A program made the position numbers and the translations under genes. Under the pieces are notes generated by a model. The model saw only the letters and a list, made by a program, of their open reading frames with translations, was not told the origin of the DNA and made no database searches. From assembly GCF_020885515.1 (NCBI RefSeq), contig NZ_AP024987.1:120001-152000 (forward strand): a stretch of 32,000 nucleotides of DNA, written 5' to 3'. This DNA comes from a cyanobacterium endosymbiont of Braarudosphaera bigelowii (lineage in GTDB: Bacteria; Cyanobacteriota; Cyanobacteriia; Cyanobacteriales; Microcystaceae). Below are positions 17,329 to 26,989 of this stretch, one piece after another. The first letter of the stretch is position 1, and each line of letters begins with the position of its first letter.

Positions 17329-18130
17329 GAATAACCTCCTAGCAGTGAACGAGCAATTTAGACTATTGAAAGTTTACTAGAATAGCTTTTTAATAAGTAT
17401 ATCTACTACCAAAAAATAGTTTGAATTTACTAATTTAACAAATATACCCAGCAGATTTACCATAAAAAATCAACTTATTCTATTTTTTAGTAAGTAGTAG
17501 TTAATTATAGTTTATTCAGAAAGTTTTTACCCGTTGATTATAAACTACTTTCTAGTTCTTGATTTATTGTTAATTTTTATTAGAAATTCATAACTTGCTT
17601 AATATGAAGTGACGATGAAATATATAAAATGTTTCGTTAATATTTCATGACTTTCTAGAGCAATAGATAATTAAGAAATAACGAATAGTAATTAATATTA
17701 TATCCAGGTCTTCAATAAAAAAACGACAGAAAGCTAATTTAATTGTTCTAATAAATTATACAAATTCATAGCTATACTAATTAATAAATTAAAACTTGTT
17801 ATGCTAAAATTAGCTATTAAAAAGTGATATTAGTATTCTCATTGCAGACATTAAAAAAAGAAAGAGGAAGTCCACTTGTTTCTTTGTCAAAAATTAATCA
17901 GTTATATTTTTCAAAAATAAATTTTTTGCGACAAGACTTTTCTTATATAGTAAAATAAAAATACCGACTAGTATAAAGTCAATAATCTAAATCAGCTTTT
18001 CTAAAACAATGGTTTTTTAACTATAATCTTGAAAACTTAGCTAGCTCAAGCTTTGTATTAATTATAGTATATATCTATTATGTTGTTCAATAAACAAATA
18101 GTGTATTATTAAATATTTCTAACTTATTAA

Positions 18131-19270
18131 TTAAAAAGTAAACAGTTTTTCTTCCAGAGTTTTCTCCTGGTATGCAATGGCCTCTATTTCTCTACTAACA
18201 ATCGAAGTAATACTATTGCCTAGTTTATATTTATGTAACCATTGTTGAGCAAGATTTCCATCTTGTAAAATTTTTTTTATAGGATTTAGAAAACAGCTGA
18301 ATCCATTCTGCTTAGCAATAGGAAAAACTTCCTGATAAATTTTTTCAATCCATTTTTTTGCCTCAATCTTACTACCATCCTCCCAATTATATAAGTTAGC
18401 ATTTAAGCTACGTTTTGCCACTTCTAATTCATTTTGCTGAGTAATGTAAAGTAATGCTTCTGTAGACAATTGGCTTTTTAAAAGAGGGTTTAGAGATTCA
18501 GTATTTTCCATCAATTGCAAAAGACGTGCTTCTAACAAAGCAACAACAGATAGCAAAGAAACTGGATCAATAATTAAATCACAAATTCTTAGTTCTAAAC
18601 GGTTTAAATGATAAGGACGCTTATCGCCATTTGGACGTACTGAAGTCCAAAAATGACGAACATTTTGCATATTTTGGAGAGCTAATTGTTTTTCTGTCCA
18701 ATCAATAAAATGAGCATGATTCATAAAAAAAGGAACTTTCTGAGGCGTTTGTGGAAACATATGCCAACGAGTTGAATGAAAACCTGTAACTTTTCCATCA
18801 AGAAAAGGAGAAGATGCACTTAAAGCTAAAAAGAGAGGGGCTTCAACTCTAATTAAGCTATGAGCATGCATTAACATTTCTGGATTATCAATTCCTATAT
18901 TGATATGAACACTTGCTGTTACAACATCTGTTCCATAAGTATTTTCAATATAACTATGGTAAGAGTTATTAGGATCAGAACGGTAGAATCGATTAACGTT
19001 ATCTCCTAAAGACAGAGTACTACCTGGTACTACAGTATAGTCACCAATATCTCGCAAATATTTTCTCAAATGTTTTCGAGGATTAATCAGAGCATATAAT
19101 AAATCATCGTAATATAGTAAAGGTACAGTAATATACTCAACATTACGACTATCGGGCTCTTTCACGAATCCGTTAAGCTCCTTAGTAATACGATCAGATA
19201 ATCCTACAATTTTTCCTTGGGATGTGCCTGTATATATTTCGACTTCAATACCCTTAGATAATCGCACCAT
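18131..19270 (-). CDS. gshA: Glutamate-cysteine ligase, cyanobacterial type
   Basis: 379 aa. LSKGIEVEIYTGT..G..VGLSD, REPDSRNVEY-like KEPDSRNVEYIT and SASSPF match my recollection of cyanobacterial GshA. Confidence 0.8.
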   Translation of the reverse strand: MVRLSKGIEVEIYTGTSQGKIVGLSDRITKELNGFVKEPDSRNVEYITVPLLYYDDLLYALINPRKHLRKYLRDIGDYTVVPGSTLSLGDNVNRFYRSDPNNSYHSYIENTYGTDVVTASVHINIGIDNPEMLMHAHSLIRVEAPLFLALSASSPFLDGKVTGFHSTRWHMFPQTPQKVPFFMNHAHFIDWTEKQLALQNMQNVRHFWTSVRPNGDKRPYHLNRLELRICDLIIDPVSLLSVVALLEARLLQLMENTESLNPLLKSQLSTEALLYITQQNELEVAKRSLNANLYNWEDGSKIEAKKWIEKIYQEVFPIAKQNGFSCFLNPIKKILQDGNLAQQWLHKYKLGNSITSIVSREIEAIAYQEKTLEEKLFTF

Positions 19271-19402
19271 AGCTCCTCTAATGTTTTGGACTTTTGTATC
19301 CTCTTACTATTTATCTATTATCAATGATTTTATCAATAACTACTAATTATTTATAATGATTTTCTTCATTAATAATATTTATTAAATAAAATTTGATATA
19401 TT

Positions 19403-19430
19403 TTGACCAAGTTTAAAACTTATTTATAAT
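19403..19430 (+). promoter_or_regulatory. Near-consensus sigma70 promoter inside the gshA-pepA spacer
   Basis: TTGACC (19403-19408), 16 nt, TATAAT (19425-19430). It points away from gshA, and the next annotated plus-strand gene is about 870 nt away. Confidence 0.35.
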
Positions 19431-19436
19431 TAATCA

Positions 19437-19514
19437 TTACTTTCATCTAATTAAGTTTATTAACTGCATATGGAGCGTATCACCACCTCAGATTTGGCTA
19501 TAAGCCTTTTTTTT
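19437..19514 (+). ncRNA. Candidate small transcript (about 75 nt), bounded by the promoter above and a short hairpin plus T8
   Basis: GGCT-ATA-AGCC (19496-19506) is followed directly by TTTTTTTT (19507-19514). The body is visibly GC-richer than the flanking spacer. No family was recognised. Confidence 0.2.
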
Positions 19515-19673
19515 AATACTTTGTCGATGAGAAAAGATTTGAAAGCTATCACTTACACTACCAAAGAGTAAACCAGAAATATTAATCTTCATTGCAGTAC
19601 CATTAATATAGACGCTTCCTGAAAAAGTTTAATTTAAAATTTAATTTTGGTTAATATAATTATTTTAGAATAT

Positions 19674-19718
19674 ATATATATAAATAGTTTTCCAAAACTA
19701 TTTATATATATGATTTTT
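19674..19718 (+). terminator. Perfect 18-bp AT-rich hairpin plus T5
   Basis: 19674-19691 pairs perfectly with 19694-19711 (ATATATATAAATAGTTTT cc AAAACTATTTATATATAT), then GATTTTT. Confidence 0.4.
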
Positions 19719-19860
19719 CCTTCTATATTTTTGTAAAAAAAGAATTATCTCATAGATAATTTGGAGCAATTTAGGTTTGTCTTACATTAATAAATTTTCA
19801 CTAAATAATTCTTCTGCAAAGACTTTGAAGTTTATTTTAATATTAAAAATACAAGAGTTC

Positions 19861-19899
19861 TTACTACCTGTTGGAAAAATAACAGGTAGTAAACTTTTT
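19861..19899 (+). terminator. 12-bp hairpin plus T5
   Basis: TTACTACCTGTT (19861-19872), 8-nt loop, AACAGGTAGTAA (19881-19892), then ACTTTTT. It lies inside the unconvincing track ORF 19777-20004. Confidence 0.4.
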
Positions 19900-20169
19900 C
19901 ATAATAGATTTATCTACAGAATTGTTACGAGTAAGAGATATAAGAAAATTGTTGTACAGGAGTCTAAAGACAGCAAAGTTACGTTCAATTTTTTAGCTAT
20001 TTAATGCTTTAATGTATCCTTTCATAAACGTTTTAATTAATTTAGAAAAAATTAATTAACTGAATTTCACCACTTTCAAAGTTTTTATAGCCATTAAAGA
20101 CTTCCTGTAAATAGTTTCCATAAAATTAAATTACTTCTAGGCTTAGCTAAGGCAGAGATTTATTTAAAA

Positions 20170-20220
20170 AATTTTCTTATTTAAGAAATATTATTTTTAA
20201 ATTTCTTAAATAAGAAAATT
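20170..20220. repeat. Perfect inverted repeat with 20-bp arms and an 11-nt spacer, upstream of pepA
   Basis: AATTTTCTTATTTAAGAAAT (20170-20189) is the exact reverse complement of ATTTCTTAAATAAGAAAATT (20201-20220). Confidence 0.85.
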
Positions 20221-20305
20221 AATACTTGTTTTCAAGCTCGGATATCTGTAGCCTTCTCGAGGTAAAATGAAAATGAAAAATCATAATGAGTAATTGAGAA
20301 TATAC

Positions 20306-21778
20306 ATGAAAATTCATGGAAGTAATACCTCTTTATTAGATTGTGCGGGGGATGCAATTGCTATTGGCTTATTTGAAAACGAAATAAATTTAGTAGGAGA
20401 ACTAGATCAGTTAAATAGAAGAACAGAGGGAACCTTACAAGAATTAATAGATGAAACCAGATTTGAAGGAAAATTAGGTTGTATTGTAGCGACTCGTGTT
20501 GGAAGTAGTGCTCCCATTCGCAAGATTCTTTTAATTGGTTTAGGAAAATCTGAAGAATTTACATTAAATAGTTTACGCTCGAATATCGCTTCTATTACCC
20601 GTTTTTGGAAAAAAGAACATATTAAAACTTTATGCTTACAATTTCCTATTTTTGATAATAACTCTAGCCTAACTACAGAGATAATTGTTGAAGGATTATT
20701 ATTGTCATTACATCAAGATAATCGATTCAAATCTAATTCAGAAGATAAAATTTTAGAATTACAAACTATTAATATTTTAGGAGTTGGAGAACAGGTAGAA
20801 GCTATTAATCGTGCTCAAATAGTTTGTTCCGGAGTAATTATGGCACGAGAGTTGGTAAATGCTCCTGCTAATTATATAAATCCTATAACTTTTGCTAAAG
20901 TCGCCGAGGAATTAGCAAATGAATATAATTTAGAAATTGAAATTTTAGAACGAGACGAATGCGTTAAGCTTGGGATGGGAGCTTTCTTAGGAGTTGCACA
21001 AGCATCAGATCTGCCACCTAAATTTATTCACTTGACATATAAGCCAGAAAGTATACCTGAGCGCAAAATAGCTATTGTAGGTAAAAGCTTAACTTTTGAC
21101 TCAGGAGGACTTAATTTAAAAGGTTCTAGTAGTGGAATTGAGGTAATGAAAATGGATATGGGTGGTGGCGCAGCTACTCTAGGTGTTGCTAAGGCTATTG
21201 CTCAACTTAAACCTAATGTAGAAGTACATTTTATTTGTGCTGTGACAGAAAATATGATTAGTGGATGTGCAATACATCCTGGTGACATATTAACTGCATC
21301 TAATGGTAAGACTATTGAAGTCAATAATACAGATGCTGAAGGACGCTTAACTTTAGCAGATGCTCTAATATTTGCTGAGAAGCTAAAAGTAGATGTTATT
21401 TTAGACATAGCCACTCTAACTGGTGCGTGTGTCGTAGCTCTAGGAGATAACATTTCTGGACTATGGAGTACAGATAATAATCTAATTAACGAAATAAAAA
21501 CTGCATCAGAAAAATCAGGGGAACAGTTTTGGCAAATGCCAATGGAGGATAAATATTTTGAAAGTTTAAAATCTCCTATAGCCGATATGAAGAACACAGG
21601 TCCAAGAGCTGCAGGAGCAATTACAGCAGCCTTATTTTTAAAACAATTCGTTGAAAAAACTCCTTGGCTACATTTAGATATAGCTGGAACAGCTTGGATT
21701 GATAAGGAAAATGGAGTTAATAACTTTGGAGCAACAGGCGTTCCAGTACGAACTCTTGTTAATTGGCTTGTAAAGTAA
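20306..21778 (+). CDS. pepA: Leucyl aminopeptidase (M17)
   Basis: M17 catalytic motifs are [14 protein letters not shown] and [11 protein letters not shown]. The ATG at 20306 ([24 protein letters not shown]) aligns with typical PepA N-termini, so the track's TTG start at 20294 is not needed. Confidence 0.92.
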   Translation: MKIHGSNTSLLDCAGDAIAIGLFENEINLVGELDQLNRRTEGTLQELIDETRFEGKLGCIVATRVGSSAPIRKILLIGLGKSEEFTLNSLRSNIASITRFWKKEHIKTLCLQFPIFDNNSSLTTEIIVEGLLLSLHQDNRFKSNSEDKILELQTINILGVGEQVEAINRAQIVCSGVIMARELVNAPANYINPITFAKVAEELANEYNLEIEILERDECVKLGMGAFLGVAQASDLPPKFIHLTYKPESIPERKIAIVGKSLTFDSGGLNLKGSSSGIEVMKMDMGGGAATLGVAKAIAQLKPNVEVHFICAVTENMISGCAIHPGDILTASNGKTIEVNNTDAEGRLTLADALIFAEKLKVDVILDIATLTGACVVALGDNISGLWSTDNNLINEIKTASEKSGEQFWQMPMEDKYFESLKSPIADMKNTGPRAAGAITAALFLKQFVEKTPWLHLDIAGTAWIDKENGVNNFGATGVPVRTLVNWLVK

Positions 21779-21852
21779 GCTTTATTATATAAATATGATA
21801 TGAGTGAACTATATACTGGGTGAGCAAATTGTAGTTGCACTTAATAATTAGC

Positions 21853-23874
21853 TCATCTCATTTCTGCAATTGCTCCTTTAGCCATTTGTGCTATTGCCTT
21901 ATCTGTAGCTGTAGGTAATTGGTAATATTTGCCTCCTGCAGCTTCAGCTAGCTCTCTCCCGAATCCTGTAGAAACAAATTTTTTTTCAGTATCTATCATT
22001 AATAATTTAATACCTAACATTCTTATTTTACCGGCAATATTTAATAATTCTTCTTTAATATTAGGTTTATCTTCTTGCGATGCCTCTTCGCCTAAAGAAC
22101 GAGATAATGAAACATTTCCTCGACCATCAGTAATAGCAACAACTACTACTTGACCAATATCGCCTGACATTTTAGCATTCATACCTACTTTAACTGCTTG
22201 AGTTAAACCATGAGCTAGTGGAGAACCACCACCACAAGGCAAAGTCTCTAATCTTTTTCGTGCAAGAGAAATTGAGCGAGTTGGTGGTAATAAAACATCA
22301 GCTTGTTCTCCTCTAAAAGGAATCAATGCAATTTGATCTCTATTTTCATATGCTTCTGTTAAAAGCCTCATTACTGCACCTTTTGCTGATTGCATTCTAT
22401 TTAGGGCCATAGAACCAGAGGCATCCACAACAAAAACAATTAGTGCGCCTGCTTTTCTAACTAATCTTTTAGAGCGAATATCTTCCTGCTGAACAATAAC
22501 ATTCCGCTCAGGGTGACGTAACCGTCGCTTTTTCTGATATGGAGCAGCTACCCTCAAAGTTGCATCAACAGCGATACGATTCACTCTACCCTTAGGTAAC
22601 ATAGGTTTAATATAGCGTCCTCTATCATTAGAAAAAATTAAGTTACGACTTCCCGACTTTCCTTGACTTTGAGATTTTTGAGCAAAAGACAATATATCGG
22701 CGTCCATAATAGTTCCTTCAATATCAAAAACAAATTCTTGAGGTATTTCTGAATCTTGTTCTTCTTTTTCATTATTATTCTCTTCTTCCTCACTTTCTGT
22801 GTTTTCCTCTGTATTTTGTTGTTCATCAGAACTTTGTTGTTCTTTAGGTGGAGGTGGAGGTGGAGAATTATTTTCCTCAGGAACTTGTTGCATACCAGAA
22901 CGAGGAACAATTACCAATTCTACTGCTTTCCTTAAATCATCAGTACTTACTATGTCGTTACCATTTAGTGCGGCCAAAGCTTTAGCAACTTGCGTAGCAA
23001 ATATTTCAGCTCTATGTCCCTCAACTCCCCCTCTAAGTGCTTCTTCTACTAAATACTGAATTTGGTTATTTTTTATTTTTACTTCTTTTAACCATTCTCG
23101 AGCTAATATGATATCAGTTTTAATATTTTCTATCTCTTCATCGTACTGTTTACTAAATAATTCTGAAGAATCAAAGTAATGAATAACTTTATTAACGGCC
23201 TCTACTCTTTGTTTGATTTCTAACGTATCGTCAGAGGAAAGAGCAATTGCTATTCTATCTAATATGTGCTTTCTTAAAGGACCCTCTTCAGGATTATAAG
23301 TTGCGATAACAATAGGTTTACAAGGGTGTTGAAAACTAATACCTTCTCTCTCAACCTTGTTCCAACCTTCTGTTAAAACAGTTAGCAACTGATTAGAGAC
23401 TTGATCATCTAATAAATTAATTTCATCAATATATAAAACTCCGCGATGGGCTTGTGCCAATAATCCAGGTTGAAACACTGGTTCTCCTGCTTTGACAGAT
23501 GCTTCTACATCTATGGAACCTAATAATCTATCTTCTGTTATTCCGAGAGGTAATTGAATGAAAGGAACAGAAATAATTTCCGTAGCAATAGAATTTAATT
23601 CAACATGTAAATATTTTTCTCTCGTATCAGAATCCCACTCTTCAGGAACATTATATTTACAATTAAAAGAATTATTTTTTATTCGTTCGATGGGAGGCAA
23701 CAGAGAATGAACTCCTCTTGCAAGTACAGATTTCGCTGTTCCTCGGCGGCCGGCGATAACTACACCACCTAAATTTAAGTCTACTGCTGCTAATAATAAG
23801 GCTAATTTAATGGATTGTTTTCCAATAACAGCAGTCATTGGAAAACTGGGAGGCGTAAGAATAGGAGTAGACAT
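21853..23874 (-). CDS. chlD: Magnesium chelatase subunit D
   Basis: 673 aa. The N-terminal AAA-like domain ([36 protein letters not shown]) is followed by a Pro-rich/acidic linker, then a C-terminal vWA domain ([10 protein letters not shown]). Confidence 0.93.
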   Translation of the reverse strand: MSTPILTPPSFPMTAVIGKQSIKLALLLAAVDLNLGGVVIAGRRGTAKSVLARGVHSLLPPIERIKNNSFNCKYNVPEEWDSDTREKYLHVELNSIATEIISVPFIQLPLGITEDRLLGSIDVEASVKAGEPVFQPGLLAQAHRGVLYIDEINLLDDQVSNQLLTVLTEGWNKVEREGISFQHPCKPIVIATYNPEEGPLRKHILDRIAIALSSDDTLEIKQRVEAVNKVIHYFDSSELFSKQYDEEIENIKTDIILAREWLKEVKIKNNQIQYLVEEALRGGVEGHRAEIFATQVAKALAALNGNDIVSTDDLRKAVELVIVPRSGMQQVPEENNSPPPPPPKEQQSSDEQQNTEENTESEEEENNNEKEEQDSEIPQEFVFDIEGTIMDADILSFAQKSQSQGKSGSRNLIFSNDRGRYIKPMLPKGRVNRIAVDATLRVAAPYQKKRRLRHPERNVIVQQEDIRSKRLVRKAGALIVFVVDASGSMALNRMQSAKGAVMRLLTEAYENRDQIALIPFRGEQADVLLPPTRSISLARKRLETLPCGGGSPLAHGLTQAVKVGMNAKMSGDIGQVVVVAITDGRGNVSLSRSLGEEASQEDKPNIKEELLNIAGKIRMLGIKLLMIDTEKKFVSTGFGRELAEAAGGKYYQLPTATDKAIAQMAKGAIAEMR

Positions 23875-24199
23875 TAAGAATTTTGTATTTAAAAAAAAAG
23901 GGCAAAGTAATTTTTATGTATTATCTATGATAATCATACTCTTAAAATTTTTAATCAAAAAATAGTTTTTTGTAATGTTTTTTGAGATTTTGTAGTTTGA
24001 TAATTAATTTATTTTTAATATATAAACTAACTTATATGTATTATTAATAATAATATGATTACCAGACTAATATTCTCTTCATGAAAAAAAATTATATTTG
24101 TAAGTTTTGAGTCATGAAAATCTAAATAAATAAATTATTATAATCACGTACAATAAGTTTAAAGATTCATCTGCAATTATAAAAAATTACAAAGTCAAT

Positions 24200-25294
24200 A
24201 TGTATAGTTCGTTCGAGCGTTTTTATCAATTAATAAAACAATTTCGTACCAAATTGCATAGTCTGTCTTTTTTAGACATAAAACAAAATAAAAAAATTGT
24301 AAAGTCATCATCCTCAAATCTTCTTAGTGATAAAGATTATGAATTTTTACTTAACCAACTACTAGATGGTGTTACCCATGGATGGCATGAAGGAAGAATT
24401 CTTAAATATTTTGAAGATTTAGAAGAGAGGGGAAAAGCAAAATTATGGATATCATGGCTAAGCAAATTTAGAGAAAAGGTCCTATCATCTGACAATCCTG
24501 ATTTACAACTTGCATCAAGAATGATGCGGCTTGGCGAATTAGCCCAATCTTTCCCATCCATTGAACCTGTTGGAAAAATTTCCTATGATATTGGTCAAGA
24601 ACTTTTTAATAAGAAAACAGAAAACGAAATTTGGGAATATATTGACATTGACACTTCAGATATTAAAAACAATATTTTAACAGAGCAAATTTTCCCTTCC
24701 ATATCACTTAAAAAAGAATCTTTAATAGTTGAAGATCTAGAATACAGTTCACGGAATAATGAAGATCCTATAGTTTATTTATCTGATGAATTAAGTTCTA
24801 GTTCAATAAATTCTAAAAGTTCGGCTGCAGATATCTCTGCACTATCTAAAGAATATTTTGAAAGAGGAATGGAAAGGTTTAAGTTGAGAGATTGGGAAAA
24901 AGCTATTTTTTTATGGGATAAGGCTTTAGCAATTAATCCTTCTTTTTCTATTGCATGGTACAACCGAGGTAAAGCTTTAGTATGTTTAGGAGAAAATGAC
25001 CAGGCAATTTCAAGTTTTGATAATGCCTTGGCTCTTAATCCTAAAAATATTGATTTTTTAAATGCTAAAGCTCAACTTTTATATGATTTACAAAATTGGT
25101 CTGAATCTATTAAGGTATGGGAGCAAATTCTAAATTTTGAACCTTCTAATTACAAGATTTGGTATAATAGAGGCAGATGTTTAGAATCCATGAAACAAAT
25201 CTCTAAAGCAACAGATAGCTATAAAGAAGCTTTAAAAATAGTTCCTGATCTTAAGCCAGTTTTGAAGCGACTTCAAAAATTGTATGATACTTAA
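24200..25294 (+). CDS. TPR-repeat protein with an uncharacterised N-terminal domain
   Basis: 364 aa. The C-terminal 150 aa shows 4-5 TPR units (W..A...W.KAL.INP, AWYNRG.AL, A...FD.AL.LNP, W.NRG..L). The N-terminal 200 aa carries no motif I can name. Confidence 0.8.
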   Translation: MYSSFERFYQLIKQFRTKLHSLSFLDIKQNKKIVKSSSSNLLSDKDYEFLLNQLLDGVTHGWHEGRILKYFEDLEERGKAKLWISWLSKFREKVLSSDNPDLQLASRMMRLGELAQSFPSIEPVGKISYDIGQELFNKKTENEIWEYIDIDTSDIKNNILTEQIFPSISLKKESLIVEDLEYSSRNNEDPIVYLSDELSSSSINSKSSAADISALSKEYFERGMERFKLRDWEKAIFLWDKALAINPSFSIAWYNRGKALVCLGENDQAISSFDNALALNPKNIDFLNAKAQLLYDLQNWSESIKVWEQILNFEPSNYKIWYNRGRCLESMKQISKATDSYKEALKIVPDLKPVLKRLQKLYDT

Positions 25295-25344
25295 GCATAA
25301 TTCTCAATTAACAGATTAGAATTTTTATTATCCCCTCATTTTTT

Positions 25345-25995
25345 ATGGACTCTCAACTACGTGTATATGTCCCCGATCATCCTCTAATTAAGCATTGGCT
25401 AGGAATAGCTCGAGATATTAATACTCCAGACATTTTGTTTAAAACAGCTATAGTAGAGCTTGGCCGTTGGTTAACTTATGAAGCAACCAGGTATTGGCTC
25501 CCTATGATAGAAGCAACTGTACAAGGACCTTTAAGTACCTCTTCAATAGTACTAATTAATTCTAAAGTGCCTATTGCTGTCATTCCTGTTCTTCGCACAG
25601 GACTAGTTTTATTAGAAGGAGCGCAAACTTTACTTCCTTTGGCTAAAATCTATCATTTTGGACTTGAAGAGGATAGTAACGACTCAAAAATAACTTGTTA
25701 CTTAAATAAGCTACCTCAACAATTTACAAAATCAACTCAAATAGTTATTCTAGAGCCTGTTCTTGGTACAGGGGAACGAATCATGACAACCTTATCAGAA
25801 ATTGTTCAGCGTGGAGCAGATTTAAACTTAGTGCGTATTATTTCTGTGGTTGTTACTCCTAAGGCATTACAGAAGTTAAATCTTAAGTATCCTGTTTTAA
25901 ATATTTATACTGCTACTATTGACGAAAAAGTTGATGATAGTGGAAATATTATTCCTGGACTAGGAAATGTTGAAGAAAGAGCTTTTGGGACTTAA
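25345..25995 (+). CDS. upp: Uracil phosphoribosyltransferase
   Basis: 216 aa. LRVYVPDHPLIKHWLGIARD..TP and ELGRWLTYEA form the cyanobacterial Upp N-terminus. The C-terminal segment is IIPGLGN..ERAFGT. Confidence 0.9.
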   Translation: MDSQLRVYVPDHPLIKHWLGIARDINTPDILFKTAIVELGRWLTYEATRYWLPMIEATVQGPLSTSSIVLINSKVPIAVIPVLRTGLVLLEGAQTLLPLAKIYHFGLEEDSNDSKITCYLNKLPQQFTKSTQIVILEPVLGTGERIMTTLSEIVQRGADLNLVRIISVVVTPKALQKLNLKYPVLNIYTATIDEKVDDSGNIIPGLGNVEERAFGT

Positions 25996-26268
25996 AAGCA
26001 TATTGTAAATTGACCTTTATTCTTATCATAATTTCAATATTATTGAATAAAGATTGATTGAAAGACGAGAGAAGCAGCTAAAGCAAAAATTAAGGGAGAT
26101 AGTTGCTGTAAAATTATTAGGGTTATAGTTTTTTATCCTTTAAAAGTAGGATGTCTATCGCCACTGGGTTAAGATTTTTTCTACCCTAACTTTATTAAGA
26201 TTTAATTTTTTTACAAAAAAGCTTGCCAAAAATGTCAGTTTATTGCTACCATTATTGGGTGATCTTAA

Positions 26269-26340
26269 TCCTCAGTAGCTCAGTGGTAGAGCGGTCGGCT
26301 GTTAACCGATTGGTCGTAGGTTCGAATCCTACCTGGGGAG
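26269..26340 (+). tRNA. tRNA-Asn (GTT)
   Basis: TCCTCAG-TA-GCTC-AGTGGTA-GAGC-G-GTCGG-CTGTTAA-CCGAT-TGGTC-GTAGG-TTCGAAT-CCTAC-CTGGGGA-G. This is a 72-nt cloverleaf with all arms paired. No CCA is encoded. Confidence 0.93.
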
Positions 26341-26497
26341 TCTTAATATTCAAGTTTATAGATTTATAGCCTGACTTATGTTAATGAGCCTCCAGTAAAA
26401 TAATTTTATGGTAAAAGCATAATATTCAATGTATTTTAAAAATTATGATACAAAATTAAATATATGTGTTATACTCAAGCTCGAGAAACCTAAGTAT

Positions 26498-26581
26498 TCG
26501 GTAGTAGATTTTGTTATCAGCATTGACGGGTATACCCCTTTCAGCCTTTGTACGATTCTCTCCGATCACTCAATCTCTACA
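26498..26581 (+). promoter_or_regulatory. Conserved 5' leader of the second rbp gene, with a -10-like TATACT at 26470-26475
   Basis: It carries the same ordered blocks as 136-224: TCGGTAGT (26498-26505), TTTGTTATCAG, CGGGTA, CTCTCCGA (26558-26565) and TCTCTACA (26574-26581). SD GGAGA lies at 26596-26600. Confidence 0.5.
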
Positions 26582-26608
26582 CATTTGCAAATTACGGAGA
26601 TAATCTGA

Positions 26609-26899
26609 ATGTCTATTTATGTAGGAAATCTATCCTATGATGTAACTAAAGAAGACCTTAATGAAGTTTTTACAGACTATGGTGAGGTTAAGCGTGTTCA
26701 TATTCCAACAGATCGTGACACTGGACGTATGCGTGGCTTCGCTTTTGTAGAGATGAATTCTGATGATCAAGAAGAGCAGGCCATTTCCACTCTAGATGGA
26801 GCAGAATGGATGGGACGTACTCTAAAAGTAAATAAAGCTAAAGAACGTGAGCCTCGTGGTTCCTTCAATGGTGGTGGTAGAGGGCGTGGACGCTTTTAG
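26609..26899 (+). CDS. rbp: RRM-type RNA-binding protein with a short Gly/Arg tail (96 aa)
   Basis: MSIYVGNLSY carries RNP2 and RGFAFVEM carries RNP1. The C-terminus is GGGRGRGRF. Confidence 0.92.
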   Translation: MSIYVGNLSYDVTKEDLNEVFTDYGEVKRVHIPTDRDTGRMRGFAFVEMNSDDQEEQAISTLDGAEWMGRTLKVNKAKEREPRGSFNGGGRGRGRF

Positions 26900-26989
26900 G
26901 TATCAGCAACATTAAACTGTTAATAAATAGGAGTAGGAAGTTTAAACTTCCTACTCCTATTTATTAACAGTTTAATGTTGCTGATACCT
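26898..26989. repeat. 92-bp perfect palindrome (46-bp arms, no spacer) overlapping the rbp stop codon
   Basis: 26898-26943 (AGGTATCAGCAACATTAAACTGTTAATAAATAGGAGTAGGAAGTTT) is the exact reverse complement of 26944-26989, checked base by base. The TAG stop is at 26897-26899. Confidence 0.95.

Noticed and set aside
19470-19571. 33-aa plus-strand ORF (MERITTSDL...), and a minus-strand open frame ending ...KKKAYSQI, both in the GC-richer island
   Set aside because: There is no SD, and the hairpin plus T8 lies inside the plus-strand ORF. I recognise neither peptide. I kept the region only as a possible sRNA or gene relic.
19777-20004. 75-aa TTG-start ORF in the gshA-pepA spacer
   Set aside because: It has a TTG start with no SD and a low-complexity sequence. 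It also contains a hairpin plus T-run terminator-like element in its middle.
21202-21840. 212-aa ORF antisense to pepA
   Set aside because: It is unusually long for this AT-rich DNA, but it lies opposite the GC-richer conserved catalytic half of pepA. The sequence has no motifs and is S/A/P-rich, as expected for the complement of a biased coding frame. It is probably a shadow ORF. It could be revisited if antisense transcription is ever seen.
22750-22880. Poly-Pro plus an acidic low-complexity stretch in ChlD
   Set aside because: This is a known hallmark linker between the AAA and vWA domains of ChlD/BchD, not an insertion or anomaly.
21929-23059. ORFs 21929-22153, 22638-22910 and 22799-23059 within chlD
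   Set aside because: They overlap chlD, and two of them simply mirror the repetitive Pro/Glu/Lys linker.
24337-24963. ORFs 24337-24561 and 24775-24963, antisense to the TPR protein gene
   Set aside because: Both are shadow ORFs with no supporting signals.
26223-26268. Promoter for tRNA-Asn (TTGCCA at 26223-26228)
   Set aside because: No acceptable -10 hexamer lies at 16-18 nt spacing, so it is not reported as a feature.
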